32,000 bases of DNA from Telmatocola sphagniphila (GTDB taxonomy: Bacteria > Planctomycetota > Planctomycetia > Gemmatales > Gemmataceae). The notes beneath the pieces are model-generated. The model was not told where the DNA came from and ran no database searches. It was given only the letters and a program-made list of their open reading frames with translations. Positions 31,998 to 32,000 of the stretch are shown here, one piece after another (position 1 is the stretch's first letter; the number at the start of each line of letters is the position of its first letter). The position numbers and the translations under genes are program-made. The stretch covers positions 5,550,001 to 5,582,000 of the forward strand of contig NZ_CP074694.1 in the NCBI RefSeq assembly GCF_018398935.1, in the 5' to 3' direction.

Positions 31998-32000
31998 AGA

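Overview
The window is dominated by a complete 14-gene complex I (NADH:quinone oxidoreductase) cluster, nuoA-N, on the + strand from about 1.9 to 19.1 kb. It ends in a clear intrinsic terminator. Gene content and motifs suggest a Planctomycetota-like genome, but that is inference only. The cluster is atypical in three ways. (1) It is interrupted by non-nuo genes: an AT-rich four-helix-bundle gene (23S-rRNA-IVS / Avd-like) between nuoD and nuoE, and two tandem paralogous lipoproteins between nuoF and nuoG. (2) Three spacers carry phase-perfect tandem arrays of a 7-nt unit (GCTGAnn). Each site has the same layout: a reverse-oriented array, a core, then a forward-oriented array. One core holds the four-helix-bundle gene; the other two are empty. 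One empty site lies between nuoC and nuoD. The other lies 20 kb away, where the array supplies the last codons and the stop codon of a ccoN-like gene. I consider this the best candidate for an undescribed element. (3) Several membrane-arm subunits are strongly expanded: NuoJ is 370 aa, NuoH 425 aa, NuoM 583 aa, and NuoK has a 40-aa tail, whereas NuoG is short at 547 aa. Left of the operon are a CoaB-like ligase, an SDR and a partial kinase-like ORF. Right of it (19.3-32 kb) is a mixed region with a PilZ protein, a 4HBT thioesterase and an 865-aa zinc-ribbon/TM/TPR protein. It also holds an SRAP (YedK/HMCES-type) protein and an orphan cbb3-type CcoN. Further right are a UmuC-like Y-family polymerase translationally coupled to a 154-aa protein that looks by eye like a catalytically dead SRAP fold, and a TlpA-like thioredoxin. 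The region ends with a class-II (cytochrome c'-like) cytochrome, an orphan AAA+ ATPase and hisS. All functional calls rest on motif recognition by eye; no database search was possible.
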